A stretch of 20,000 nt of DNA from Candidatus Thorarchaeota archaeon. Its GTDB lineage: Archaea; Asgardarchaeota; Thorarchaeia; Thorarchaeales; Thorarchaeaceae. The stretch spans positions 1 to 20,000 of the forward strand of contig JABCTV010000039.1 in NCBI GenBank assembly GCA_018238205.1. The letters run 5' to 3'. The notes beneath the pieces are model-generated. The model did not search any database. It was not told where the DNA came from and saw nothing but the letters and a program-made list of their open reading frames with translations. Both the position numbers and the translations under genes were made by a program. This document shows, in pieces, positions 1-7,186 of the stretch (positions are counted from its first letter, which is position 1; each line of letters starts with the position of its first letter).

Positions 1-182
1 CTGACAAGGTCCGATTGGACAAAGTGAACAGCCGCGGACTCCCCAGAACCTGATGATGGTTCCTTCTTGGAGAGTAAGGACTTCCCTTTGGAAGAAGGCT
101 TCTTCTTTCGGGCTTTCAGTCGCGCACGTCGATAGGTTGTTCCACGAACAACTGACCTAGTCCACATACCTAGTCCTTTCAT
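1..182 (-). CDS. Hypothetical protein, N-terminal fragment (ORF runs off the left edge of the window)
   Basis: ATG at 182-180 on the minus strand stays open for 60 codons to the window edge (MKGLGMWTRSVVRGTTYRRARLKARKKKPSSKGKSLLSKKEPSSGSGESAAVHFVQSDLV...). The N-terminus is very basic and Lys/Arg/Ser-rich. A TATA-like TAATATAC box lies ~24 nt upstream. It is absent from the supplied ORF track because there is no stop codon in the window. Confidence 0.35.
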   Translation of the reverse strand, partial: MKGLGMWTRSVVRGTTYRRARLKARKKKPSSKGKSLLSKKEPSSGSGESAAVHFVQSDLV

Positions 183-202
183 GATATTACATATTGATAG
201 GG

Positions 203-210
203 GTATATTA
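203..210 (-). promoter_or_regulatory. TATA-like box (TAATATAC on minus strand) upstream of the partial ORF starting at 182
   Basis: AT-rich octamer centred ~24 nt upstream of the ATG. This spacing fits an archaeal leaderless-type promoter. Confidence 0.3.
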
Positions 211-259
211 GCTCATACAATTTCTTTTGGATGAGGATGTTTAATCATCGACTATCTCA

Positions 260-934
260 TTAGAATACAATATCTACTGACTCACCTGGTGCTACTATCT
301 TGACCTTTGTTCCTGGACTTTTTTCAGCAACCAATTTTTCAAACTCCTTTGGGTCTGCCTTTATTGCTGGAAATGTGTCATAATGCATAGGAATGACGAC
401 TTTCGGTTTCAGAAGCTTTGTTGCCACTGCTGCCTGATGGATATCCATTGTGTAGTAAGATCCAATTGGGCAGAAAAAGACTTCAGGTTTGTATAACTCA
501 CCAAATAATTCCATAGTTGCAAACAAACCTGTATCTCCTGGATGATAGAATGAACCGTTGAGGAACTTAGCTATGAATCCAGTTGGAGCACCTACTCCGC
601 AGGAATGAAAGGCCTGTACAAGTGTAACCACAACTCCTCCAACATCTATACTCCCTCCTATATTCAGAGTATGAACATTTTCGAGACCCTCTGACTTAGC
701 TTGGATTGCAAGTTCGTTGATTGCAATGAAATATGCCCCTGTTTTCTTACATATCTCAACGGCCTCTTGATATCCATGGTCTCCATGGTCATGAGTTACA
801 AGAACTAAATCTGCTTTCTCAACATCCTTAACTTTAATCGGTGAAGTAGGTCCATTAAGCCATGGATCTACATAGACCGTTTTCCCATTTGATTCTATTT
901 TGAATGAAGCATGTCCAAGGTATGTAACCTTCAT
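260..934 (-). CDS. UPF0173-family metal-dependent hydrolase (metallo-beta-lactamase fold)
   Basis: 224 aa. The N-terminus MKVTYLGHASFKIE..GKTVYVDPWL is typical of the UPF0173 family. The HxHxDH zinc motif is present as VTHDHGDHG. Confidence 0.85.
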   Translation of the reverse strand: MKVTYLGHASFKIESNGKTVYVDPWLNGPTSPIKVKDVEKADLVLVTHDHGDHGYQEAVEICKKTGAYFIAINELAIQAKSEGLENVHTLNIGGSIDVGGVVVTLVQAFHSCGVGAPTGFIAKFLNGSFYHPGDTGLFATMELFGELYKPEVFFCPIGSYYTMDIHQAAVATKLLKPKVVIPMHYDTFPAIKADPKEFEKLVAEKSPGTKVKIVAPGESVDIVF

Positions 935-1061
935 GGTCTATAATCTCCTAACGAATATTCTCCTGCAAACATATCACTTCTATGTTTCGACAATGACAAT
1001 GAACGTACCAATCTGAAACTTAAATACATCCTAAACCTGACTAAATATGCAGTGACTGAAT

Positions 1062-1976
1062 ATGGGAGATAAACCACATCCAGACTTTATGAAGGCCGGG
1101 AAAATTGCAGGCAAAGTCCTCAGTTTCATTGAGAGTAAGGTTAAACCCGGAGTGAAAGTACTCAAAATCTGTAGACTTGCTGAAGAAAAGATAATGGCTT
1201 TTGGTGCCAATGGTCTTGCTTTTCCTTGCAATGTTTCAATAAATGAGGAAGCTGCACATTACACTAGCCCTCATTCTGATACAAAGGTTTTCCCGAATAC
1301 AGGACTTGTGAAGGTCGATATTGGAGCACATGTCAATGGGTACATCTCTGATACAGCAATCACTGTTGATTTGGATGGATCATACGAAAAATATATTGTT
1401 GCTGCAAAGAATGCTCTTGAGGCCGCGATAGAAACTGTCCGACCTAATGTTAGATTAGGTGAGGTTGGTCGAGTAATCGAGAGTACTATCAAAAAACAAG
1501 GACTGAAACCAATACATCAACTATCAGGCCATCAGCTTAAACCATGGACACTTCATGCAGGAAAGAATGTCCCTAATGTTGGGATGAAGGTTTCTTCAAC
1601 AATGAATCTCGGTGAAACGTATGCAATTGAACCGTTTGCGACCAATGGTAATGGTACAATTAAAAGTGGTCCATATGCATACATTTTCTCAAACAATATG
1701 AAGAACAAGAAGAAGCTAGATCGCGATACGCTCCGAGTTCGCAATGCTGCCAGACAGATGTTCAAGACTCTACCCTGGGCTGGACGTTGGCTACACGGTA
1801 AAATCACTGGAGTTGATGCTAATGTGGCTATCAAGGCGTTGCAGCGTGCTGGTGCCATTCATGGTTATCCCGTACTCTATGAGGGTAAGGATGGCATGGT
1901 ATCTCAGTTTGAACATAGTGTCTTTGTTGGTCCTACAGGGGCCATTGTTTCTACTCGTCGTGATAATGAAGTATAG
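1062..1976 (+). CDS. map: Methionine aminopeptidase, type 2 (archaeal MetAP2)
   Basis: 304 aa. It aligns by eye along its length to archaeal MetAP2, for example the Pyrococcus enzyme. All five metal ligands are present: VKVDIG, ISDTA, LSGHQL, AIEPFAT and QFEHSV. The substrate His in AAHYTSP is also present. Confidence 0.9.
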   Translation: MGDKPHPDFMKAGKIAGKVLSFIESKVKPGVKVLKICRLAEEKIMAFGANGLAFPCNVSINEEAAHYTSPHSDTKVFPNTGLVKVDIGAHVNGYISDTAITVDLDGSYEKYIVAAKNALEAAIETVRPNVRLGEVGRVIESTIKKQGLKPIHQLSGHQLKPWTLHAGKNVPNVGMKVSSTMNLGETYAIEPFATNGNGTIKSGPYAYIFSNNMKNKKKLDRDTLRVRNAARQMFKTLPWAGRWLHGKITGVDANVAIKALQRAGAIHGYPVLYEGKDGMVSQFEHSVFVGPTGAIVSTRRDNEV

Positions 1977-2018
1977 TAGCAGTCATGGAACCGCTTAAGA
2001 GCAACTAAGATTTTTCAT

Positions 2019-2933
2019 GTGCTAGGTGTTACTGTGGTCACCAGTCCCAATCCTGCATCTGTCAAATCAGGCAAAATAGCCGCGAAAGTTCTCAAAGAAA
2101 TCAGTGCGATGATTGAACCAAAAGCTAGCATCATCAAGATCTGTTCAACAGCTGAGAAGAAAATCAGGGAATATGGGGGAATTCCTGCATTTCCTTGCAA
2201 TGTTTCAATCAATCATATAGCTGCACATAGTACCTCTCCACGAGGTGATAAGAGTGAAGTTCCTGAATTTGGACTTGTTAAACTAGATGTTGGTGTTCAT
2301 GTAGATGGCCATATAGCTGATACTGCACTGACTGTTGATATTGACGGAACCCTTGAGGGGTTTGTCGCAGCCACAGAAGATGCTCTTTCTGAGGCTATTG
2401 GAACTATCTATCCAGGTATCGCTCTAGGAGAAATCGGTGCAACTATTGAGCGTGTAATAAAAGAATACGGTCTTCTGCCAATCTCCAACTTATCAGGTCA
2501 CAGCCTTAAACGCTATAATCTACATGCTGGAAAACAAGTTCCCAATATCAAGAAACGAGGAACCCCTACTGTTGAGATTGGTGAATACTATGCAATTGAG
2601 CCCTTCGCTACCAGTGGTATCGGGACTGTAATTGACAGTGATTTTGTCTACATATTTGCAAATACAGGCCTTGACAAGACTCTGGAAGGGACCACAGAGA
2701 AACTACGAAAATACCTACGGGAAAAATATGGTCCATTACCCTTTGCATCTCGATGGATTGGCACAGCAAGCAAGAAGATTGATGTAGTTGAAGAAATTAG
2801 AATGCTCATAAAAGAAAAGGTGATTCGTGGCTTTCCAATGCAGATAGAGAAGAAAGCTCGACCCGTTAGTCAGACCGAGCACACGATCTTCATCTCAGAA
2901 GATGGTCCAGTTGTTCTAACTGGACGGACTTAG
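2019..2933 (+). CDS. Methionine aminopeptidase type 2, second divergent tandem paralog
   Basis: It has the same architecture as the upstream gene at roughly 40-45% identity by eye. Ligands are retained: VKLDVG, IADTA, LSGHSL, AIEPFAT and QTEHTI, plus AAHSTSP. The ORF-track start is GTG at 2019. GTG at 2034 is more likely because a GGTG Shine-Dalgarno-like motif sits at 2025-2028 and the N-terminal length then matches paralog 1 exactly. Confidence 0.85.
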   Translation: MLGVTVVTSPNPASVKSGKIAAKVLKEISAMIEPKASIIKICSTAEKKIREYGGIPAFPCNVSINHIAAHSTSPRGDKSEVPEFGLVKLDVGVHVDGHIADTALTVDIDGTLEGFVAATEDALSEAIGTIYPGIALGEIGATIERVIKEYGLLPISNLSGHSLKRYNLHAGKQVPNIKKRGTPTVEIGEYYAIEPFATSGIGTVIDSDFVYIFANTGLDKTLEGTTEKLRKYLREKYGPLPFASRWIGTASKKIDVVEEIRMLIKEKVIRGFPMQIEKKARPVSQTEHTIFISEDGPVVLTGRT

Positions 2934-3286
2934 ACATTGTACTTTTGTGTCTCTTCTCGAATCATGTATACACCCTCAATTGTCATTTCAGTCTGACACT
3001 TGGGACATGCTTCTTCGACAGTTTTGAGAATGTAATCTCCTTTCTTGAAATCACGTATCTCCTTGAAATCACAATCGTTGCATTTAATCTCTGTAATTGT
3101 CGGTGGTGGAAGCTTCTCTTCTTTTGGTTTCCCTGCAGTTAATAGAGCAAATCCCATTGCCATGACAAGTAGACCCAAGAATGAATACACGTATGACAAT
3201 GATGATGTATCATTCATTCCAAAGAACAGGAGTACGAATCCAACTGTTGCTAATGCAATTCCAATAAGTTTTGATATCAATCCCAC
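2930..3286 (-). CDS. Small membrane protein with cytoplasmic/extracellular C-terminal zinc ribbon (CxxC...CxxC)
   Basis: 118 aa with two predicted N-terminal TM helices (IGIALATVGFVLLFFG, FLGLLVMAMGFALLTAG). These are followed by CNDC-x21-CPKC. It has a GTG start preceded by a strong SD, GAGGTGA. Its stop overlaps the convergent map paralog stop by 4 nt. Confidence 0.6.
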   Translation of the reverse strand: MGLISKLIGIALATVGFVLLFFGMNDTSSLSYVYSFLGLLVMAMGFALLTAGKPKEEKLPPPTITEIKCNDCDFKEIRDFKKGDYILKTVEEACPKCQTEMTIEGVYMIREETQKYNV

Positions 3287-3292
3287 TTCTTT

Positions 3293-3299
3293 TCACCTC
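3293..3299 (-). promoter_or_regulatory. Shine-Dalgarno GAGGTGA for the zinc-ribbon membrane protein
   Basis: It is complementary to the archaeal 16S 3' end (..GAUCACCUCC). It lies 6 nt upstream of the GTG at 3286 and overlaps the TGA stop (3298-3300) of the upstream gene, implying translational coupling. Confidence 0.6.
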
Positions 3300-4431
3300 A
3301 TAGACCAATGCCGATTGTATTTCCAATTCCTGCTAAGATGATACTTTCTCCAGGATTTGTTCGTTTCAGGATTACAGACTTGATACGTTCAATCACTTCA
3401 GGAACTGTATCGAGTATCTTCTTATCCATCACACCTACCGCTACAGCTTCATCTTCCTTAATGACTATAGCCTCTATTCCAATTCCGTACTCAGTTGCAG
3501 CCTGTTCTATAGCATACTTTTCTGGACCAGGGTCTCCAATTGCAGCACCTATACCTTCCGCCACTCTTCCAATTTCTTCACCCTCAAACTTGAGTGCAGC
3601 ATCAATAGTAATAATTCGTGATATCTTCTTCCCGTGCTTCTCCATAAGCTTCTTCACACCAAACCCTGGTTTCCCTACGGTTCCTCCAGGTCCAGTAGCT
3701 CTTAGGGCATAGACAGTACGTCCTTCAGTTTCTACGGTATAGTATCCAACTTCTTTTGAAATCTCATGGGTGTAGCTCTCCGGAGTTGCACCAAATTCTC
3801 GTGCGAATTTAGTGATGACCAATGGTCCTATTCCATCTCCGATAGGTTTACCCTGTGAAAATGCACCAATAGCATCAAAGTATGCCTTGGCTAGTCGTAG
3901 TAGTTCTGGCATCAGCATATGAATCTGCATAACCGCTATTTGACTACCAGTCTTCTTTCCCAAGATGTAAAAGTGTCTGACAATACGGTAGATGAGTCCT
4001 AGCACTTGAGTGACTTCAAGTGTGTTCTCAAGATTTTGATTCATGCTCTCATTTGACTCGGGTGCGAGCTCCTCAACGAACTCTTGGAATCTATCTCTGC
4101 GTACATCGAGAAGATGGTCGAGCCTCTTCAAGATTCCTGCTGGGTCAAGATCTACCGGCATAATTGTAAAGTAGTCCATGAACTGATCCAATTCCTTGGC
4201 GACTTCCTCCTCAGAATGTCCATATTCCTTGAAGGTTTCTATCGCTGTCTGTCGTGACTCGACAAACATACGTTTCATCTCTGCCAATCCTACCTCTACC
4301 TGTTTCAACATTTGCCATATCTGGAATTTTGCTCCGTATAGGCTCATTAGTATGATAAATGCGAGGAAGACAAACTGGAAAATCCAGTTGAAATCGGTTA
4401 TGAATCCTATCTGCATGAAAATCAAATCCAC
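3298..4431 (-). CDS. DUF1512-like archaeal membrane protein of unknown function
   Basis: 377 aa. It has an N-terminal TM helix (FQFVFLAFIILMSLYGA), a helical middle region, and a Gly-rich C-terminal domain (GPGGTVGKPGFG...GIGAAIGDPGPEKYA...ILAGIGNTIGIG). The size and layout match my recollection of the archaeal DUF1512 family, which I have not verified. It has a GTG start, with an alternative ATG at 4416. Confidence 0.55.
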   Translation of the reverse strand: MDLIFMQIGFITDFNWIFQFVFLAFIILMSLYGAKFQIWQMLKQVEVGLAEMKRMFVESRQTAIETFKEYGHSEEEVAKELDQFMDYFTIMPVDLDPAGILKRLDHLLDVRRDRFQEFVEELAPESNESMNQNLENTLEVTQVLGLIYRIVRHFYILGKKTGSQIAVMQIHMLMPELLRLAKAYFDAIGAFSQGKPIGDGIGPLVITKFAREFGATPESYTHEISKEVGYYTVETEGRTVYALRATGPGGTVGKPGFGVKKLMEKHGKKISRIITIDAALKFEGEEIGRVAEGIGAAIGDPGPEKYAIEQAATEYGIGIEAIVIKEDEAVAVGVMDKKILDTVPEVIERIKSVILKRTNPGESIILAGIGNTIGIGL

Positions 4432-4473
4432 TGCATTTTGTATTCTTTTAATGGCTTCTATCTCTACATTTTC

Positions 4474-4496
4474 AAAAATATCAAAAGAAGAAGAAT
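4474..4496 (-). terminator. Oligo-T termination tract downstream of 5S rRNA
   Basis: The minus strand reads CATTCTTCTTCTTTTGATATTTTTG immediately 3' of the 5S helix I closing strand. Archaeal RNAP terminates at T-runs. Confidence 0.5.
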
Positions 4497-4497
4497 G

Positions 4498-4611
4498 TGG
4501 CAGCTCGTGGACTTGTCACACGCTCGCGCAGTGCACATTTTCCACAACGTTCTGAGACTTAACTTCTGAGTTCGGCTGAGATCAGGTGAACCCTCAGTAC
4601 TATGGCCGCCA
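4498..4611 (-). rRNA. rrf: 5S ribosomal RNA (stand-alone, not linked to 16S/23S in this window)
   Basis: The minus strand reads UGGCGGCCAUAGUACUGAGGGUUCACCUGAUCUCAGCCGAACUCAGAAGUUAAGUCUCAGAACGUUGUGGAAAAUGUGCACUGCGCGAGCGUGUGACAAGUCCACGAGCUGCCA. It carries the conserved GGCGGCCAUAG...CCGAACUCAGAAGUUAAG core. Helix I pairs UGGCGGC with GCUGCCA. The ends are approximate to within +/-3 nt. Confidence 0.85.
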
Positions 4612-4637
4612 TCAAGACGATGGTTTTCTACATTTGG

Positions 4638-4643
4638 TTTTAA
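4638..4643 (-). promoter_or_regulatory. TATA-like box (TTAAAA) for 5S rRNA, overlapping the stop codon of the upstream 673-aa ORF
   Basis: TTAAAA on the minus strand lies ~26 nt upstream of the predicted 5S 5' end. It includes the TAA stop at 4640-4642. Confidence 0.45.
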
Positions 4644-6661
4644 GCATTGCTCTTTGACAACTCTTTACGCTTGGACCTGGCCTGGGAAAGGAAGGCACTC
4701 ACATCATCGTCCCAAGTTCCGTCTTTTTTCAAGAGACGCTGGTATAGATTGTGAGTATAGCTCTGGAAAGTTAAGGGTCTCAAGCATCGTATGGTTAGTC
4801 CATGTTCCATTCCCAATGGAGGTAATTTTGAAGCTAGTTCATATGCAGACATTTCTGGCAATCTTGTTAGAAGGATAGATTGTTTCCCATCATCCCCAAG
4901 CATCATGAGTGTTGTAGGTGTAAAATCAAGGAACGCACTACTAATCGAGGTCACCCTCTCTGGAGGCCCATGAATAACTGTAGCTAGTGAAATAAGATTC
5001 TGATTTGATGCTTCATAAATAAGCTGAATTATATTCCTGTCTGAGAGGTCAGTCAATAGATTCTGAACTCTTTTACTATTGAACCCCCAAGGCGCGAGAT
5101 ATTCTTCTCTTTCTAGACCCGCTAATCTGATTCCCTCTGCTGCGAGATCTATTGCTTTTGCTTCTTCCTGATTAATACGATAACTACCAACATTCGTACC
5201 AATCCGAAATTGGCTTGTTATTTTCCTGAATGAACTTGTCTTTTCAATAGAGGATAAAATTCTATCAGTTGGAATCTCCCAAGTTTTCTTTTTCTTGTCA
5301 AAGAGTGCAATATTAGAAGTTCGTGCTGTCAGGTCCACATCAATTACATTTGGTAAAGCTCTCTTTACCTGAATTGCTGCTGCTGGAGGCATAACCATGA
5401 CATGGAGATAAGGAGTATTATCACCTGCTCTTCCTAGACGAGTAATGAACTCCATATGTCTATGAGGCCATCTGTATGCTGCACCAAGATAAACTAACTT
5501 TGAAAGACCTAATGCCCTCTGATTGACTCGACCTAAAATTCTGAGTTCATAAATCAATAGAGAAAGTCTCTTTTTCCATTCTGTTGACGATCTCTTTGCT
5601 GCAGTAGCAGCTATTGGTAGTTTACTAATTATCTTCCCTTTCTTTGTTAGGTCGTCTACAATATCTACTGCAATATCCATCCAATTCGGTAATCTCTCAA
5701 CAATTTTCTGCCAAAAAAGGAGCCAAGGACTTTTTTGTATATCTTCAGCAATTGCTCTAGTAGGCGCAATCAAGTCTTTCCTTTCTGACAGAGTTAATAG
5801 TTTCAGATATGGAGGCCAATCAATATTATCAGCCATAAACATCAGATGACCCTCTAATAATGCTCCAAGGATTGGAAATTGCCAGAATTTGTACAGGTAG
5901 TTGATTGGATCCTCTGTTGGAATTTTATTTTTTAAAATTAAAGTCAGAAACAACATAAGTTGTTCTTTAACCATATCAGGGAATGATTTTGGAATAAGCG
6001 GTGAAAGAGTTTCCTTCATTGTGTTTCCTAGCTGTAGGTTTGGTATGGACACATCTCCAAGTACCTTGGCCAGTTCTTCCCAAGAAACAGAAGGACTTTC
6101 CAAGATACTGAGAATCTCTTCCTTTTCTGAAGCAGGTATTGCTGACCAAATTGTTTGATACCAAATCCCTCTAAATTCTTGACTATCAATTAGAGAGAGA
6201 GATTCCGCCTCATATGGGAAAATTGTATGGGATTCGTATATTTCGCCAGTAATTGGATTTGCAATCGTAAGCCACAGTTTAGAAACAAGAGATGTTTCTT
6301 GTACAATGTAGAAACACTTCTCTTGTCCATGTTTCATTCTACCATAGAAACCAAGTGAAGATGGAGGGAAGATATCCTCTATATACTGGCCTCCTTGAGT
6401 GTTATATTTTCGAAAAGTCTGTGAATGTGGTTGTAATTTTATTTTGATTGGATCTTCCAGAAACTGTGACTGAGAATTGTCATTCATTCCAATAACATAC
6501 TGTTTCGACATTTCGTAAAGAATAACTTGCTGATTGTTACTCGAAATAGTTTCACCTGAATCTAGTTTGATGGATATGCCTCTATGATCAACGAGTAATG
6601 AACCGGTTGTACAATTTCCATTAATCCATACACGTATTTTCTTGTTATCAGGTGCAGACAA
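4640..6661 (-). CDS. Large hypothetical protein (673 aa): beta-rich N-terminus, helical middle, C-terminal wHTH-like helix-turn-helix plus two alpha/beta modules
   Basis: This is a long uninterrupted ORF with a TTG start and an AAGGAG SD 9 nt upstream. I recognise no family signature. The C-terminal part contains an HTH-like stretch (EREEYLAPWGFNSKRVQNLLTDLSDRNIIQL). That is followed by a beta-alpha-beta-beta-alpha-beta-looking module (ISLATVIHGPPERVTSISSAFLDF..TLMMLGDDGKQSILLTRLPEMSAYELASKL..LTIRCLRP). Confidence 0.75.
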   Translation of the reverse strand: MSAPDNKKIRVWINGNCTTGSLLVDHRGISIKLDSGETISSNNQQVILYEMSKQYVIGMNDNSQSQFLEDPIKIKLQPHSQTFRKYNTQGGQYIEDIFPPSSLGFYGRMKHGQEKCFYIVQETSLVSKLWLTIANPITGEIYESHTIFPYEAESLSLIDSQEFRGIWYQTIWSAIPASEKEEILSILESPSVSWEELAKVLGDVSIPNLQLGNTMKETLSPLIPKSFPDMVKEQLMLFLTLILKNKIPTEDPINYLYKFWQFPILGALLEGHLMFMADNIDWPPYLKLLTLSERKDLIAPTRAIAEDIQKSPWLLFWQKIVERLPNWMDIAVDIVDDLTKKGKIISKLPIAATAAKRSSTEWKKRLSLLIYELRILGRVNQRALGLSKLVYLGAAYRWPHRHMEFITRLGRAGDNTPYLHVMVMPPAAAIQVKRALPNVIDVDLTARTSNIALFDKKKKTWEIPTDRILSSIEKTSSFRKITSQFRIGTNVGSYRINQEEAKAIDLAAEGIRLAGLEREEYLAPWGFNSKRVQNLLTDLSDRNIIQLIYEASNQNLISLATVIHGPPERVTSISSAFLDFTPTTLMMLGDDGKQSILLTRLPEMSAYELASKLPPLGMEHGLTIRCLRPLTFQSYTHNLYQRLLKKDGTWDDDVSAFLSQARSKRKELSKSNA

Positions 6662-6670
6662 ATGTAAGTA

Positions 6671-6676
6671 CTCCTT
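6671..6676 (-). promoter_or_regulatory. Shine-Dalgarno AAGGAG for the 673-aa ORF
   Basis: The minus strand reads cgcgAAGGAGtacttacatTTG, a 9-nt spacer to the TTG start at 6661. Confidence 0.55.
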
Positions 6677-7186
6677 CGCGGAATATGTTACTTACTCATT
6701 AGGGCACACTATTTAGAATTGTCCATCATTCATCTATTTTCAGTTACTACTTGTAAAAGAATTATTATTGCCCCCTCTTTGGGGACAATGATTGTGGTTT
6801 AATGTATGAAGAATTGGCTGATGATAATGAATTTGTACAGGATTACCACGGTTCCGGCACACTTGGGCTAATATCTGGTATCATTGCATAATCACACTCA
6901 CCATGATTAAGTGTAATTGGAGTGTAGACGTTGTAACTCGAGAGAATTGCAAATTCACTAGCTAAATGTAACAAATTCCTGCAAGAATAAAGAAAAACAA
7001 TTCCATTCTATTGGGTTGTTTAATAGGCACTAAGATATACAAAACCAATTAAGAGCAGACTAAAGTTCATGAAAGAGCGTCACCCTAGTTCTTTGATACA
7101 ATCAACAAAAACTTCTTAACCCAACTCCTGTTTTTCACTCTCAACACCGGGGACGTGGCCTAGTCCGGTATGGTAACGGGCTCCAG

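Noticed and set aside
3700-3730. GPGGTVGKPG in the DUF1512-like protein might be a Walker A P-loop.
   Set aside because: The spacing is wrong for GxxxxGK[ST], and the Lys is followed by Pro rather than Ser/Thr.
1031-4555. Numerous ORFs of 60-150 aa lie antisense to or out of frame with the MetAP genes, the zinc-ribbon gene, the DUF1512-like gene and the 5S rRNA. Examples are 1031-1231, 1271-1492, 1553-1858, 1744-1998, 2015-2212, 2945-3142, 3045-3341, 3308-3712 and 4196-4555.
   Set aside because: They are shadow ORFs inside well-supported genes. Their translations are low-complexity and Ser/Ile/Pro-rich with no motifs. ORF 4196-4555 runs straight through the 5S rRNA gene.
4654-6164. Short ORFs overlap the 673-aa gene on either strand (4654-4878, 4791-4973, 5901-6158, 5976-6164).
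   Set aside because: They are fully nested in a much longer coherent ORF that has SD support. They carry no independent signals.
6819-6824. A TGATGA (box C-like) motif in the long intergenic gap hints at a C/D sRNA.
   Set aside because: No CTGA D box lies within a plausible 40-70 nt downstream on that strand, and there is no terminal stem. The minus-strand CTGA/TGATGG pair near 6725-6745 is in the wrong order.
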